A DNA stretch of 64,000 bases from contig CACJQT010000001.1 in NCBI GenBank assembly GCA_902595635.1, positions 74,438-138,437 on the forward strand, given 5' to 3'. Below the pieces are notes generated by a model, which saw only the letters and a program-made list of their open reading frames with translations, made no database searches and had not been told where the DNA came from. Source of the stretch: an uncultured Pelagibacteraceae bacterium (lineage in GTDB: Bacteria > Pseudomonadota > Alphaproteobacteria > Pelagibacterales > Pelagibacteraceae). Shown piece by piece: positions 10,089 to 20,560 of this stretch (the first letter of the stretch is position 1; the number at the start of each line of letters is the position of its first letter). The position numbers were made by a program, and so were the translations under genes.

Positions 10089-11354
10089 ATGAAAATTGCA
10101 ATTATTGGAAGTGGAGGACGAGAACATGCTCTAGTGCATCACTTAAGTAATTCAAAAAAAATAACAAAAATATATTCAATACCAGGTAATGCTGGTACCG
10201 AAGAAATATCTGTAAATATTGATTTAAATTTGGAAAATTTTCAAGATTTGTATAATTTTATTAAGAAAGAACAAATCGAATTAGTGATTATTGGTCCGGA
10301 AAAACCATTAGTCGAAGGATTAGTAGATTTCCTAGAGTCAAAAAAGATTAAAGTTTTTGGTCCTAGAAAAAAAGTAGCTCAATTAGAAGGCTCAAAAATA
10401 TTTACAAAACAAATTTGTGAGAAATTTAACATACCAACTGCTAAATTTAAAATTTGTAAATCCAAAGAAGACTCATTTATATTTTTATCGTCATCTAATT
10501 TTCCTCTTGTTGTAAAAGCAGATGTTCTTGCTGCAGGTAAAGGTGTTTATATTTGTCAAAATGTTGATGAGGCTAAAACTGCTGTTAATGAAATATTTGA
10601 CGGTAAATTTGGGAAAGCAGATCAAATATTAATCGAAGAATTCTTAGAAGGTGATGAGATGAGTTTTTTTATTATTTCAGATGGAATTAGTTATAAAACT
10701 TTTAATACAGCTCAAGACCATAAAAGAGTTGGTGAAGGTGATACTGGAAAAAATACAGGAGGGATGGGAGCTTATTCACCTTCAAGCTTAATTAATGATA
10801 ATTTAGAGAATAAAATTTTAAACAACATAATTGAGCCAACGTTAAAAGCTATAAGTGAAATGAATGAGAAGTACGTCGGTTTTTTATATGCCGGCTTAAT
10901 GATAAAAAGTAATGAACCATACCTAATAGAATATAATGTCAGGATGGGTGATCCTGAATGCCAAACTATATTACCTTTGGTTGACAGTGATTTATTGGAA
11001 ATAATAAATTCTTGTTGTAATTCAACATTAAAGACCCACGAAATAAAATGGAAAAATAAAAAAAGTATGTGCATTGCTTTATGCTCAAAAGGATATCCTG
11101 AAAAATATAATAAGAATGTTGAAATTAAAAATTTAAAAGAATTCAAATCAACTAAAGATAATTTTATTTTTCATGCTGGAACAAAAAGTTCTGGAAACAA
11201 AATTGTAGCAGTTGGAGGTAGGGTAATAAACTTTGTGAATATCTCAGATAGTTATTTATCAAGTAGAAAAGAAATCATCAATCAGATTAATAAATTGAAT
11301 TGGGAAGATGGTTTTTATAGATCAGATATAGGTCATAAAGTCATAGATGAATGA
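10089..11354 (+). CDS. purD: Phosphoribosylamine-glycine ligase
   Basis: GSGGREHA, GPE.PL, QDHKR, NTGGMGAY and EYNVRMGDPE motifs. Confidence 0.97.
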   Translation: MKIAIIGSGGREHALVHHLSNSKKITKIYSIPGNAGTEEISVNIDLNLENFQDLYNFIKKEQIELVIIGPEKPLVEGLVDFLESKKIKVFGPRKKVAQLEGSKIFTKQICEKFNIPTAKFKICKSKEDSFIFLSSSNFPLVVKADVLAAGKGVYICQNVDEAKTAVNEIFDGKFGKADQILIEEFLEGDEMSFFIISDGISYKTFNTAQDHKRVGEGDTGKNTGGMGAYSPSSLINDNLENKILNNIIEPTLKAISEMNEKYVGFLYAGLMIKSNEPYLIEYNVRMGDPECQTILPLVDSDLLEIINSCCNSTLKTHEIKWKNKKSMCIALCSKGYPEKYNKNVEIKNLKEFKSTKDNFIFHAGTKSSGNKIVAVGGRVINFVNISDSYLSSRKEIINQINKLNWEDGFYRSDIGHKVIDE

Positions 11355-11917
11355 GAGTAATTGGTGGAAAACTAAGAGGGAAATTAATTCATAATCCTAC
11401 AGATAAAACAACAAGACCTTTAAAGGATATGGTTAGAGAGTCGATATTTAATATTTTAGAGCATTCTAAGAATGAAAAAATTAAATTCAAAAATGACGTG
11501 GTTTTGGATTTATTTTCCGGTTCTGGTTCGTTTGGCATTGAATGTTTGTCTAGAGGAGTAAAAAAAGTTTTTTTTTTTGAAAATTACAAACCCTCTTTGA
11601 AAATTTTAGAAAAAAACATTAAGGAGTTAGAAATTGACAAAGATTCGGTCATCAAGGAAATAAACGCATATGAAATTTCTAAAGAAAATATAGATAATGA
11701 AAAAATTAATTTAATTTATTTGGATCCACCATTTAAAGATAAAAATATAAATAAATTATTAAGGAAAATTTTAGACTTAAAAATTGCTCACAAAAGCACA
11801 TTAATAGTAATACATAGAAATAAGAAATTTAAAGAAAATTTTATAGAAGATTTTAAAGTTCTTAGAGAAAAAAAATATGGTTTATCAAAAATAATATTTG
11901 GAAAATTACTATTTTAG
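11351..11917 (+). CDS. rsmD: 16S rRNA m2G966 methyltransferase
   Basis: MRVIGG..RG, TRP....RE.IFN, LDLFSGSG and LDPPF motifs. Confidence 0.93.
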   Translation: MRVIGGKLRGKLIHNPTDKTTRPLKDMVRESIFNILEHSKNEKIKFKNDVVLDLFSGSGSFGIECLSRGVKKVFFFENYKPSLKILEKNIKELEIDKDSVIKEINAYEISKENIDNEKINLIYLDPPFKDKNINKLLRKILDLKIAHKSTLIVIHRNKKFKENFIEDFKVLREKKYGLSKIIFGKLLF

Positions 11918-13081
11918 GATTTTTTTTGTTTCTATTTTAATCAATTCAACAGAAGGTTGGTTAATTGGATTTACATTTAATAAGGAGCTTAGCATTAGTG
12001 TTTCTAAAATAAAAAATGTAAATAGTTCACCTAAAGTTTCCTCACTTTTATTTTTAATTTCAAAACTTCTAAATGATAATTTTTTTTTATTAAATACATT
12101 TTGCGTAGCTTTTTTTTGAGCATACAACACTTGATCTAAGCTGCTTTTTTTTAAGTGCTCCAATCCATCAATTAAATATGGGTTATTAAATTTAAGTAGA
12201 CTTCTCTCTCTAGTGGAAAAAAAACTAAAGAAATTATTTTTTGGACCATCTAAATAAAGTTGTAAAAGACTATGATTGTCCTTTGGCATTGTAGAGATTA
12301 TAGGAAAAAAGCCCTTACCCTTTTTTCCTAAACTTTCAGCAGATAATTGCTGATACCATTTCAAAAAGTTATTTAATTTTTCATCATAATTTAAAATTAC
12401 GCAATTTTTTTTTCCTTTAATAATATTTGAGTGAATTGAAGTAACATTTTCAATTAAAAAATTAATAAATGTTTTATTTTTTATTAGATAATTTAATCGT
12501 TTAAATTTTTTTTCATTTAAACCCATCAATTCTGCCGGAACCATTCCGACCTCAGATAATACTGAGTACCTACCCCCAATATAATTCTTATGGTCTATTA
12601 CATCAGATTTCAGTTTATTCGCCATAGCTCTTAGAATATTATTTTTATTTTCAGTGATTATTAAATTTTTGTTTTTTTTTTGTTTTGTTAAAACCAGATT
12701 TAAATTTGATAATGTTTCTAAAGTATTTCCAGATTTTGATATAATTATATTTAAACGTGTTTTATTTGATTTTGTAATTTTATATTTCTGTAAGTTGTTA
12801 AGAAAGAAAAATTTTTTTTTGATTTTATGGTTAAGGAAATCGTATATAGCTTCTGCACCCAAAATAGATCCACCCATACCTATTAAATTAAACTCGTTAA
12901 ATTTTTTAAAATTTAGTAAATATTTTTTTTTAAACGAATAATTATATTTATTTGTTAGAGATTTTAATAAAGGGTATTTTTGAATTAAAATTTTAAAGTT
13001 TAGAAAATTATTAAATTTTTTTTTATTTAATTTTTTATTTTCATTATTGAAATTTTTGTAAATAATATGTTTTGTATCCAT
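11909..13081 (-). CDS. pgi: Glucose-6-phosphate isomerase (short form)
   Basis: IGMGGS, SKSGNTLET, GGRYSV, QQLSAESLGK, DNHSLLQ and NQPSVE..K motifs. Confidence 0.85.
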   Translation of the reverse strand: MDTKHIIYKNFNNENKKLNKKKFNNFLNFKILIQKYPLLKSLTNKYNYSFKKKYLLNFKKFNEFNLIGMGGSILGAEAIYDFLNHKIKKKFFFLNNLQKYKITKSNKTRLNIIISKSGNTLETLSNLNLVLTKQKKNKNLIITENKNNILRAMANKLKSDVIDHKNYIGGRYSVLSEVGMVPAELMGLNEKKFKRLNYLIKNKTFINFLIENVTSIHSNIIKGKKNCVILNYDEKLNNFLKWYQQLSAESLGKKGKGFFPIISTMPKDNHSLLQLYLDGPKNNFFSFFSTRERSLLKFNNPYLIDGLEHLKKSSLDQVLYAQKKATQNVFNKKKLSFRSFEIKNKSEETLGELFTFFILETLMLSSLLNVNPINQPSVELIKIETKKILK

Positions 13082-13084
13082 TAA

Positions 13085-13402
13085 TTACTGGATTTTCTTT
13101 TTCATATTATTTAATAAGTTTGAGCCACTACTTGAATCCTCAGATTTATCATCGTCTTTTATTTTCAGTAAATCTTTTACTTCTTCATTATTTGGTTGAC
13201 TACTTACTTCCAAATCATCTCCAGGTTCAGGAAGTTTATTCATATCTGGTGGCATTTGTAATGGATTTTTTTTCTTAACCAAGAATTCATCACTTTGTTC
13301 AGATCTTTTTTTACCTTCTAAAGCATCTCTAACCCCGCCACAAAAAGTTAATAATGGCATTAGAGCGATTAATAAGATTAAATTTAGTTTAATTTTTTTC
13401 AT
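13085..13402 (-). CDS. DUF3035 family putative lipoprotein
   Basis: DEFLV.KK.PL..PPD...LP.P motif; Cys after a hydrophobic stretch; follows lspA; likely start is the ATG at 13402. Confidence 0.8.
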   Translation of the reverse strand: MKKIKLNLILLIALMPLLTFCGGVRDALEGKKRSEQSDEFLVKKKNPLQMPPDMNKLPEPGDDLEVSSQPNNEEVKDLLKIKDDDKSEDSSSGSNLLNNMKKKIQ

Positions 13403-13886
13403 CTTTTTTTTTATAGAATATAAATTCAGATAAAATAAGGCATATAATACCAATTGTTATAAATATGTCAGCTACATTAAAAATAAACCAATTATATCCT
13501 GCATAATTTAAATCTATAAAGTCTGGAACAGCTCTGTAATAAACCCGATCAAATAAGTTTCCTAAAGAACCTCCTAATATCATCATTAAAAAAAATGATT
13601 TAATTTTTGTTTCAATTAAAGCGAAATACAATATTACCAAGTTTATAATAACTATAATTGTAGTAAAGATATTATAGAAAATTTGATCTTCTGAAGAAAA
13701 TAAACCAAATCCTATACCTGTATTCCAAACTAAATAAATATTTAAAAATTGATTTATATAAAAATCAACTTGTACTTCATTATTTAAAATATTTAGAATA
13801 TAAATTTTTGACAGTCTATCTAAACCAAAACAAAAAACTAAAATTATAAAACCTATAAGAAGTTTATTTAATTTTTCATTTCCCAT
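13389..13886 (-). CDS. lspA: Lipoprotein signal peptidase II
   Basis: WNTGIGFG, GGSLGNLFDR, VPDFI and FNVAD motifs. Confidence 0.95.
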   Translation of the reverse strand: MGNEKLNKLLIGFIILVFCFGLDRLSKIYILNILNNEVQVDFYINQFLNIYLVWNTGIGFGLFSSEDQIFYNIFTTIIVIINLVILYFALIETKIKSFFLMMILGGSLGNLFDRVYYRAVPDFIDLNYAGYNWFIFNVADIFITIGIICLILSEFIFYKKKDEKN

Positions 13887-16629
13887 TTATATTTAAAAGT
13901 CCACAGTTTGGTCTTTCACAACCCGTTTCAAAAATTTTCCAACAAATAGGGCATTTATTTCCTTGAGCTTTTTTTGCAACTACATCAATACTATTTTTTT
14001 GATTTTCATCTTTAATTACAGATGCAGATGAGGTTATACAAATTTCAGAAAAATTGATATTATTTGCCTTATCGTAAAATTCTTTATTTAACTTAATTTG
14101 AATCATTGCTTCTAAACTTGAACCAATTGATTTTTCAGCTCTCATGTTTTCAATTGAAATATTTGCCACATCTCTAATTTTTTTAACATATTCCCAATCT
14201 GAGCTGAGTTCCTCATTATTCCAAGAAGTTGGAACGGAAACAAAATTTTGCAAATGTATACTTTGGCTGTCTTCTTCTTTTTTTACTAATTGATAAATTT
14301 CTTCGGTTGTAAATGATAATATTGGTGCAAACCATTTAAGAAGACACTGTAAAATAATATTTAAAAGAGTTATGCAGTTTTTTCTTTTAATGGAATTTAA
14401 AGCCTCACAATACAAAGTATCTTTCCTGATATCGAAATAAAAAGCAGAAAGCTCTACTGTACAAAAATTTAGTAACTCTTTGTACAAATTATGGAAATTA
14501 TAAACTTTAAAATTGTTTTTAAAATTTTCATTAATTACATAAATTCTGTGAAGCATAAATTTTTCAAGTGGGTCAAAGTTTTCAAACTTAACTTTTTCAA
14601 AATCAAGACTTTCATGTTGATCTTGAATATTTCCTAAAAGATATCTAAACGTGTTTCTAATTTTTCTGTAAGACTCTGCATGTTGATCTAAAATTGAATA
14701 ATCTATTCTAAGATCCTCAGCATAATTTGAAGAAGCAACCCAAATTCTTAATATATCAGCTCCGTATTTTTTAAGTATATCTTGTGGAGCAATTACGTTA
14801 CCTGTTGATTTTGACATTTTTAGACCTTTTCCATCTACGACAAAACCATGAGAAAGAATGCTTTCAAATGGAGCAACACCTCTTGTTCCACATGACTCTA
14901 GTAATGAAGAGTGAAACCATCCTCTATGTTGATCTGAACCCTCTAAATACATCGATGCAGGCCATTTAAGATCATCTCTTTTTTCTAAGACAAAAGAATG
15001 AGTGGATCCACTATCAAACCAAACCTCAACTATATCTGACAATTTTTCATAATCTTCTGCTTTATACTTATCTCCAAGAAATATCTGATAGTCTTCATTA
15101 AACCAACAATCAGAACCTTCTTTTTCGTAAATTTTTGCAATATTTTCAAAAACTTCATCATCAACTAAAACATCACCTGTTTTTTTTGAAATAAAAATCG
15201 GTAGCGGTACACCCCAAACTCTCTGTCTTGATACACACCAATCAGGTCTGGTTTCAATCATTGATTTTATTCTTTCTTTTCCTTTGGAAGGATAAAAATC
15301 TGTATTATCGATAGCTTTTAAGGCTTTATCTCTTAACCCATGACTTTCCATGGAAATAAACCATTGTGGAGTTGCTCTGTGAACTAATGGAGCTTTTGAT
15401 CTCCAAGAATGGGGATAAGAGTGAGTAAGTTTTCCGTTTGTTACTAAATTTTTTTGCTCATCTAATTTTTCAATAATTAAGTTATTGACCTTAAAAATAT
15501 GTAAACCTTCAAAATGTTTAATTTCACTTGTATATTTTCCATCACCATCAACTGTTTCAATTGCTTTAATATTATTATTTAAACAAAGATTGAAATCATC
15601 AGGTCCATGACTCGGAGCGCAGTGTACAATGCCTGTACCTTGCTCAGTAGTAACAAAATTAGCCTCAAGCATTGGGATATCATAATCATATCCCATTTTA
15701 AAAAATGGATGACTACAAATTGTTTCTTTTAAATCTTTTCCTAAAAATTCGTTTAAAACTTTTATATTTTCAATAGAAGTATCTTTTTTAAAAGGTTCTA
15801 GTAGATCCTTTGCAATTACTATTTTTCTGTCAACAAAATTTTTGTTATCATTAATTTCAAGCAATACATATTTAAGGCTAGCATTGTAAGCTAATGCTTT
15901 GTTAGCAGGAATAGTCCAGGGAGTTGTAGTCCAAATTATTACGTCAGCACCTTTAATTATATCTAAATTTGAAAATTTCACTTTAAATGCAACATAAATA
16001 GTATCTGAAACATGATCCATGTATTCAACCTCAGCGTCAGCTAAAGCTGTTTTTTCAACAGTGGACCAAAGAACTGGCTTGTAACCTCTGTAAAGACTAC
16101 CCTCTTTTAGAAATTTTCCAAGTTCCCTAACTATTTGAGCTTCAGCATCAAATGACATTGTTGAATAGTAGTTTTCCCAATCACCAATTACCCCAAGTCT
16201 TGTAAATTCTCCTTTATGAACATCTATCCATTTTTTTGCAAACTCCCTACATTCTTTTCTGAATTCAATTATTGGAACATCATTTTTATTTTTTTTATTC
16301 TTTTTATATTGTTCTTCAATTTTCCACTCAATAGGTAACCCATGACAATCCCAGCCAGGAACATAAACAGAGTCCTTTCCATCCATTTGATGAAATTTTG
16401 TAATTATGTCTTTTAAAATTTTATTCAAAGCGGTTCCCATATGAATATTTCCATTTGCATACGGAGGCCCATCATGGAGAACAAATTTTTCTTGCCCTTT
16501 ACTTTTTTTTCTTAATAAATTGTAAAGATCAATTTTCTTCCAAAATTCAATGTAATTTGGCTCCTTGTTTGGCAAATTTGCCTTCATTGAGAATTTTGTT
16601 TTAGGTAGATTTATATGTTCCTTGCTCAT
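13876..16629 (-). CDS. ileS: Isoleucine--tRNA ligase
   Basis: HDGPPYANG.IHMG, WTTTPWT, EGSDQHRGWF, KMSKS and C-terminal CPICW. Confidence 0.98.
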   Translation of the reverse strand: MSKEHINLPKTKFSMKANLPNKEPNYIEFWKKIDLYNLLRKKSKGQEKFVLHDGPPYANGNIHMGTALNKILKDIITKFHQMDGKDSVYVPGWDCHGLPIEWKIEEQYKKNKKNKNDVPIIEFRKECREFAKKWIDVHKGEFTRLGVIGDWENYYSTMSFDAEAQIVRELGKFLKEGSLYRGYKPVLWSTVEKTALADAEVEYMDHVSDTIYVAFKVKFSNLDIIKGADVIIWTTTPWTIPANKALAYNASLKYVLLEINDNKNFVDRKIVIAKDLLEPFKKDTSIENIKVLNEFLGKDLKETICSHPFFKMGYDYDIPMLEANFVTTEQGTGIVHCAPSHGPDDFNLCLNNNIKAIETVDGDGKYTSEIKHFEGLHIFKVNNLIIEKLDEQKNLVTNGKLTHSYPHSWRSKAPLVHRATPQWFISMESHGLRDKALKAIDNTDFYPSKGKERIKSMIETRPDWCVSRQRVWGVPLPIFISKKTGDVLVDDEVFENIAKIYEKEGSDCWFNEDYQIFLGDKYKAEDYEKLSDIVEVWFDSGSTHSFVLEKRDDLKWPASMYLEGSDQHRGWFHSSLLESCGTRGVAPFESILSHGFVVDGKGLKMSKSTGNVIAPQDILKKYGADILRIWVASSNYAEDLRIDYSILDQHAESYRKIRNTFRYLLGNIQDQHESLDFEKVKFENFDPLEKFMLHRIYVINENFKNNFKVYNFHNLYKELLNFCTVELSAFYFDIRKDTLYCEALNSIKRKNCITLLNIILQCLLKWFAPILSFTTEEIYQLVKKEEDSQSIHLQNFVSVPTSWNNEELSSDWEYVKKIRDVANISIENMRAEKSIGSSLEAMIQIKLNKEFYDKANNINFSEICITSSASVIKDENQKNSIDVVAKKAQGNKCPICWKIFETGCERPNCGLLNINGK

Positions 16630-16635
16630 GATATT

Positions 16636-17562
16636 TTATCTTTTAGCAACTTTAATATCTTTCTTTATCTGTTTTTTTAAAGCATCAATATTTTTAAATT
16701 TTGTTTCTCCTCTAATAAATTTTGTAAAATTAATAGTTAGGTTTTTATTATAAAGATTTCCAGAAAATTTAAATAAATTTACCTCTAATAATAATTTTTT
16801 TTGATTAAAAGTTGGCCTATAACCAATATTTGCTATTCCTTTTATCTTTTTTCTGTTTTTTTCGATATAAACATCAACTGCATAAACTCCTACTTTTGGT
16901 ATTACATAGTTATTTATATTTATGTTACACGTCGGAAAACCAATTTTTCTTCCCATCATTCTACCCTTTTCAACGACACCTTCTATTGACCAATTTCTTG
17001 TTAAAAGTTGATTTGCAATTTTTAAATTACCATTTTCGATTAATTTTCTTATTAATGTTGAAGAAATAATTTTATTTTTTTTATATAATGGTTTTGGGTT
17101 AATTAATTTATAATTATATTTTTTTTGAAATCTTTTTAATAGATTTACGTCTCCCTCTCTCTTATTTCCAAATCTAAAATTATTACTAACAAAAATATAA
17201 TCTGCACTTAACTTTTTGCATAAAATATTTTTAATAAAATTATGACAAGATATTTTAGAGAATTTTTTATCAAATTTTTTATTTATTAAAAAATCAACGT
17301 TATAATCACTAAAATATCTGCTTTTTTGATTAAGATTTGAAAGTCGATAATTCGTAATACTTTTATTAAAGTACATTTTTGGTATTGGATCAAATGTCAC
17401 CACTCCAATTTTAGAATTATATTTTTTTTTATATTTTTTTGCTTCTTTGAATAATTTTTGATGGCCTAAGTGTAATCCATCGAAATTACCAATTAGTATC
17501 ATGGCATTTTGATGTTTTTTTAAAATCTCAAAATTTTTATAAATTTTAATTTTGTTCACCAT
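16636..17562 (-). CDS. ribF: Bifunctional riboflavin kinase/FAD synthetase
   Basis: IGNFDGLHLGH, ISST.IR, GR.IGFPT.N and NIG.RPT motifs. Confidence 0.95.
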   Translation of the reverse strand: MVNKIKIYKNFEILKKHQNAMILIGNFDGLHLGHQKLFKEAKKYKKKYNSKIGVVTFDPIPKMYFNKSITNYRLSNLNQKSRYFSDYNVDFLINKKFDKKFSKISCHNFIKNILCKKLSADYIFVSNNFRFGNKREGDVNLLKRFQKKYNYKLINPKPLYKKNKIISSTLIRKLIENGNLKIANQLLTRNWSIEGVVEKGRMMGRKIGFPTCNININNYVIPKVGVYAVDVYIEKNRKKIKGIANIGYRPTFNQKKLLLEVNLFKFSGNLYNKNLTINFTKFIRGETKFKNIDALKKQIKKDIKVAKR

Positions 17563-18371
17563 TTTAATTTTGTTTGAGTATAATTCACACTCACTCCATA
17601 TTTTTTTTCTAATTTATCAATTTTTAAACTAGTTAATTCTTTTTTATGTATACCACTCGTTATTAACAAATTGTCAAAATTTTGAATATTAGCTCCTTTT
17701 ATATCTGTATTCATATTATCTCCGATACATAAAACATTTTTACCATTTATGTTAGCAGATAAATTATAAACTGGAGGATAAGGTTTTCCAAAGTAAATTA
17801 CTTTCCCACCAATTTCTTCAAATATTTTTGCAATTGATCCAGCGCAAAACTCTCTAACATCTCCTCTATCAACAATTAGGTCTGGATTAGTACACACAAA
17901 TTTTTTATTTGAAAATTTCTCAAGTAAATCTTTATAATATTCAAGTTTTGTCTCATGATCTTCAAATAACCCTGTGCAAATAAAATAATCAGCTTGACTA
18001 ATATTACTAACTTTATTTTGTTCAAATCTTTTAAATAAGTCAAAATCTCTTGGTGGTCCAATGTGATAAAATTTTGCATTTAGAAAATTTTCCATTAAAT
18101 ATTTTAATGAAGCTTCTCCTGAGGTGTATACATCTTCATAATATTTTTTGAGTCCTATTTTTTTTAAAAAATCAATAACTGTAGAATTTGGTCTTGGAGC
18201 ATTGGTAAGTAATACAAACTCTTTATTATTTTTTTTTAAATTTTCTAATACTTCAATAGAATCTTCAAAAATTTGTAATCCGTTATGGATCACCCCCCAT
18301 ATGTCGATAAAAAATAATTCGTAACTATTTATTTTAGATCTTAATCCATCTTTGTCTAAGTTTTGGGGCAT
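17556..18371 (-). CDS. HAD-superfamily class IIA hydrolase (TIGR01459 type)
   Basis: DIWGVIHNG, LTNAPRP, CTNPD, GKPY and IGD...TDI.GA motifs. Confidence 0.88.
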   Translation of the reverse strand: MPQNLDKDGLRSKINSYELFFIDIWGVIHNGLQIFEDSIEVLENLKKNNKEFVLLTNAPRPNSTVIDFLKKIGLKKYYEDVYTSGEASLKYLMENFLNAKFYHIGPPRDFDLFKRFEQNKVSNISQADYFICTGLFEDHETKLEYYKDLLEKFSNKKFVCTNPDLIVDRGDVREFCAGSIAKIFEEIGGKVIYFGKPYPPVYNLSANINGKNVLCIGDNMNTDIKGANIQNFDNLLITSGIHKKELTSLKIDKLEKKYGVSVNYTQTKLKW

Positions 18372-18430
18372 ACTTGAGGTATAGCTTAAAAATATGCTTT
18401 ATTCTTGGGTTTTTTAGACCATAATTTTTA

Positions 18431-18468
18431 TTCAAGATCTTGAAAATTATTAAATATGTCTCTATATG
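18431..18468 (+). promoter_or_regulatory. Sigma32 (RpoH)-type promoter of groESL
   Basis: CTTGAA (18439-18444)-N17-CTATAT (18462-18467); the -35 lies inside a perfect palindrome TTCAAGATCTTGAA (18431-18444). Confidence 0.7.
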
Positions 18469-18493
18469 ACTGCTAATTTAAAGGAGAATTTGT

Positions 18494-18787
18494 ATGAAGT
18501 TTAAACCGTTACATGACCGTGTTTTAATAGAAGTTTTAGATAGCAGCGAAAAAACTGCTGGTGGCATAATTATTCCAGATACAGCTCAAGAAAAACCTCA
18601 AGAAGGTAAAGTTGTTGCTGTCGGCGGAGGTGCAAAAACTGAAGATGGAAAACTAATACCTATGGACGTTAAAGTAGGAGATAAAGTTTTATTCGGTAAG
18701 TGGTCAGGAACAGAAGTTAAAATTGATGGTAAAGAGTACAGCATAATGAAAGAATCTGACATTATGGGTATTGCAACAGGTAAATAA
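18494..18787 (+). CDS. groES: Co-chaperonin GroES
   Basis: [23 protein letters not shown]; SD AAGGAG. Confidence 0.99.
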   Translation: MKFKPLHDRVLIEVLDSSEKTAGGIIIPDTAQEKPQEGKVVAVGGGAKTEDGKLIPMDVKVGDKVLFGKWSGTEVKIDGKEYSIMKESDIMGIATGK

Positions 18788-18794
18788 TTAATAA

Positions 18795-20462
<1,668 letters not shown>

Positions 20463-20488
20463 TCCCAATTTTACTCAAAAAAAAATTC

Positions 20489-20520
20489 AAAAAGGGCAGT
20501 TATTACTGCCCTTTTTTTTT
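20489..20520 (+). terminator. Rho-independent terminator of groESL
   Basis: AAAAAGGGCAGT-TATT-ACTGCCCTTTTT followed by a U-run. Confidence 0.92.
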
Positions 20521-20560
20521 GAATTGAAAAAAAATATTTTGAATATATAAGAACGCGCAA

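Noticed and set aside
13403-13453. Upstream extension of the DUF3035 ORF (also the extended starts at 10081, 45211 and 56913)
   Set aside because: Longest-ORF artefacts; downstream ATGs give more plausible N-termini and less overlap
18450-18476. Possible CIRCE element before groES
   Set aside because: Only the right arm resembles the consensus; the left-arm position reads TTAAATATG, not TTAGCACTC
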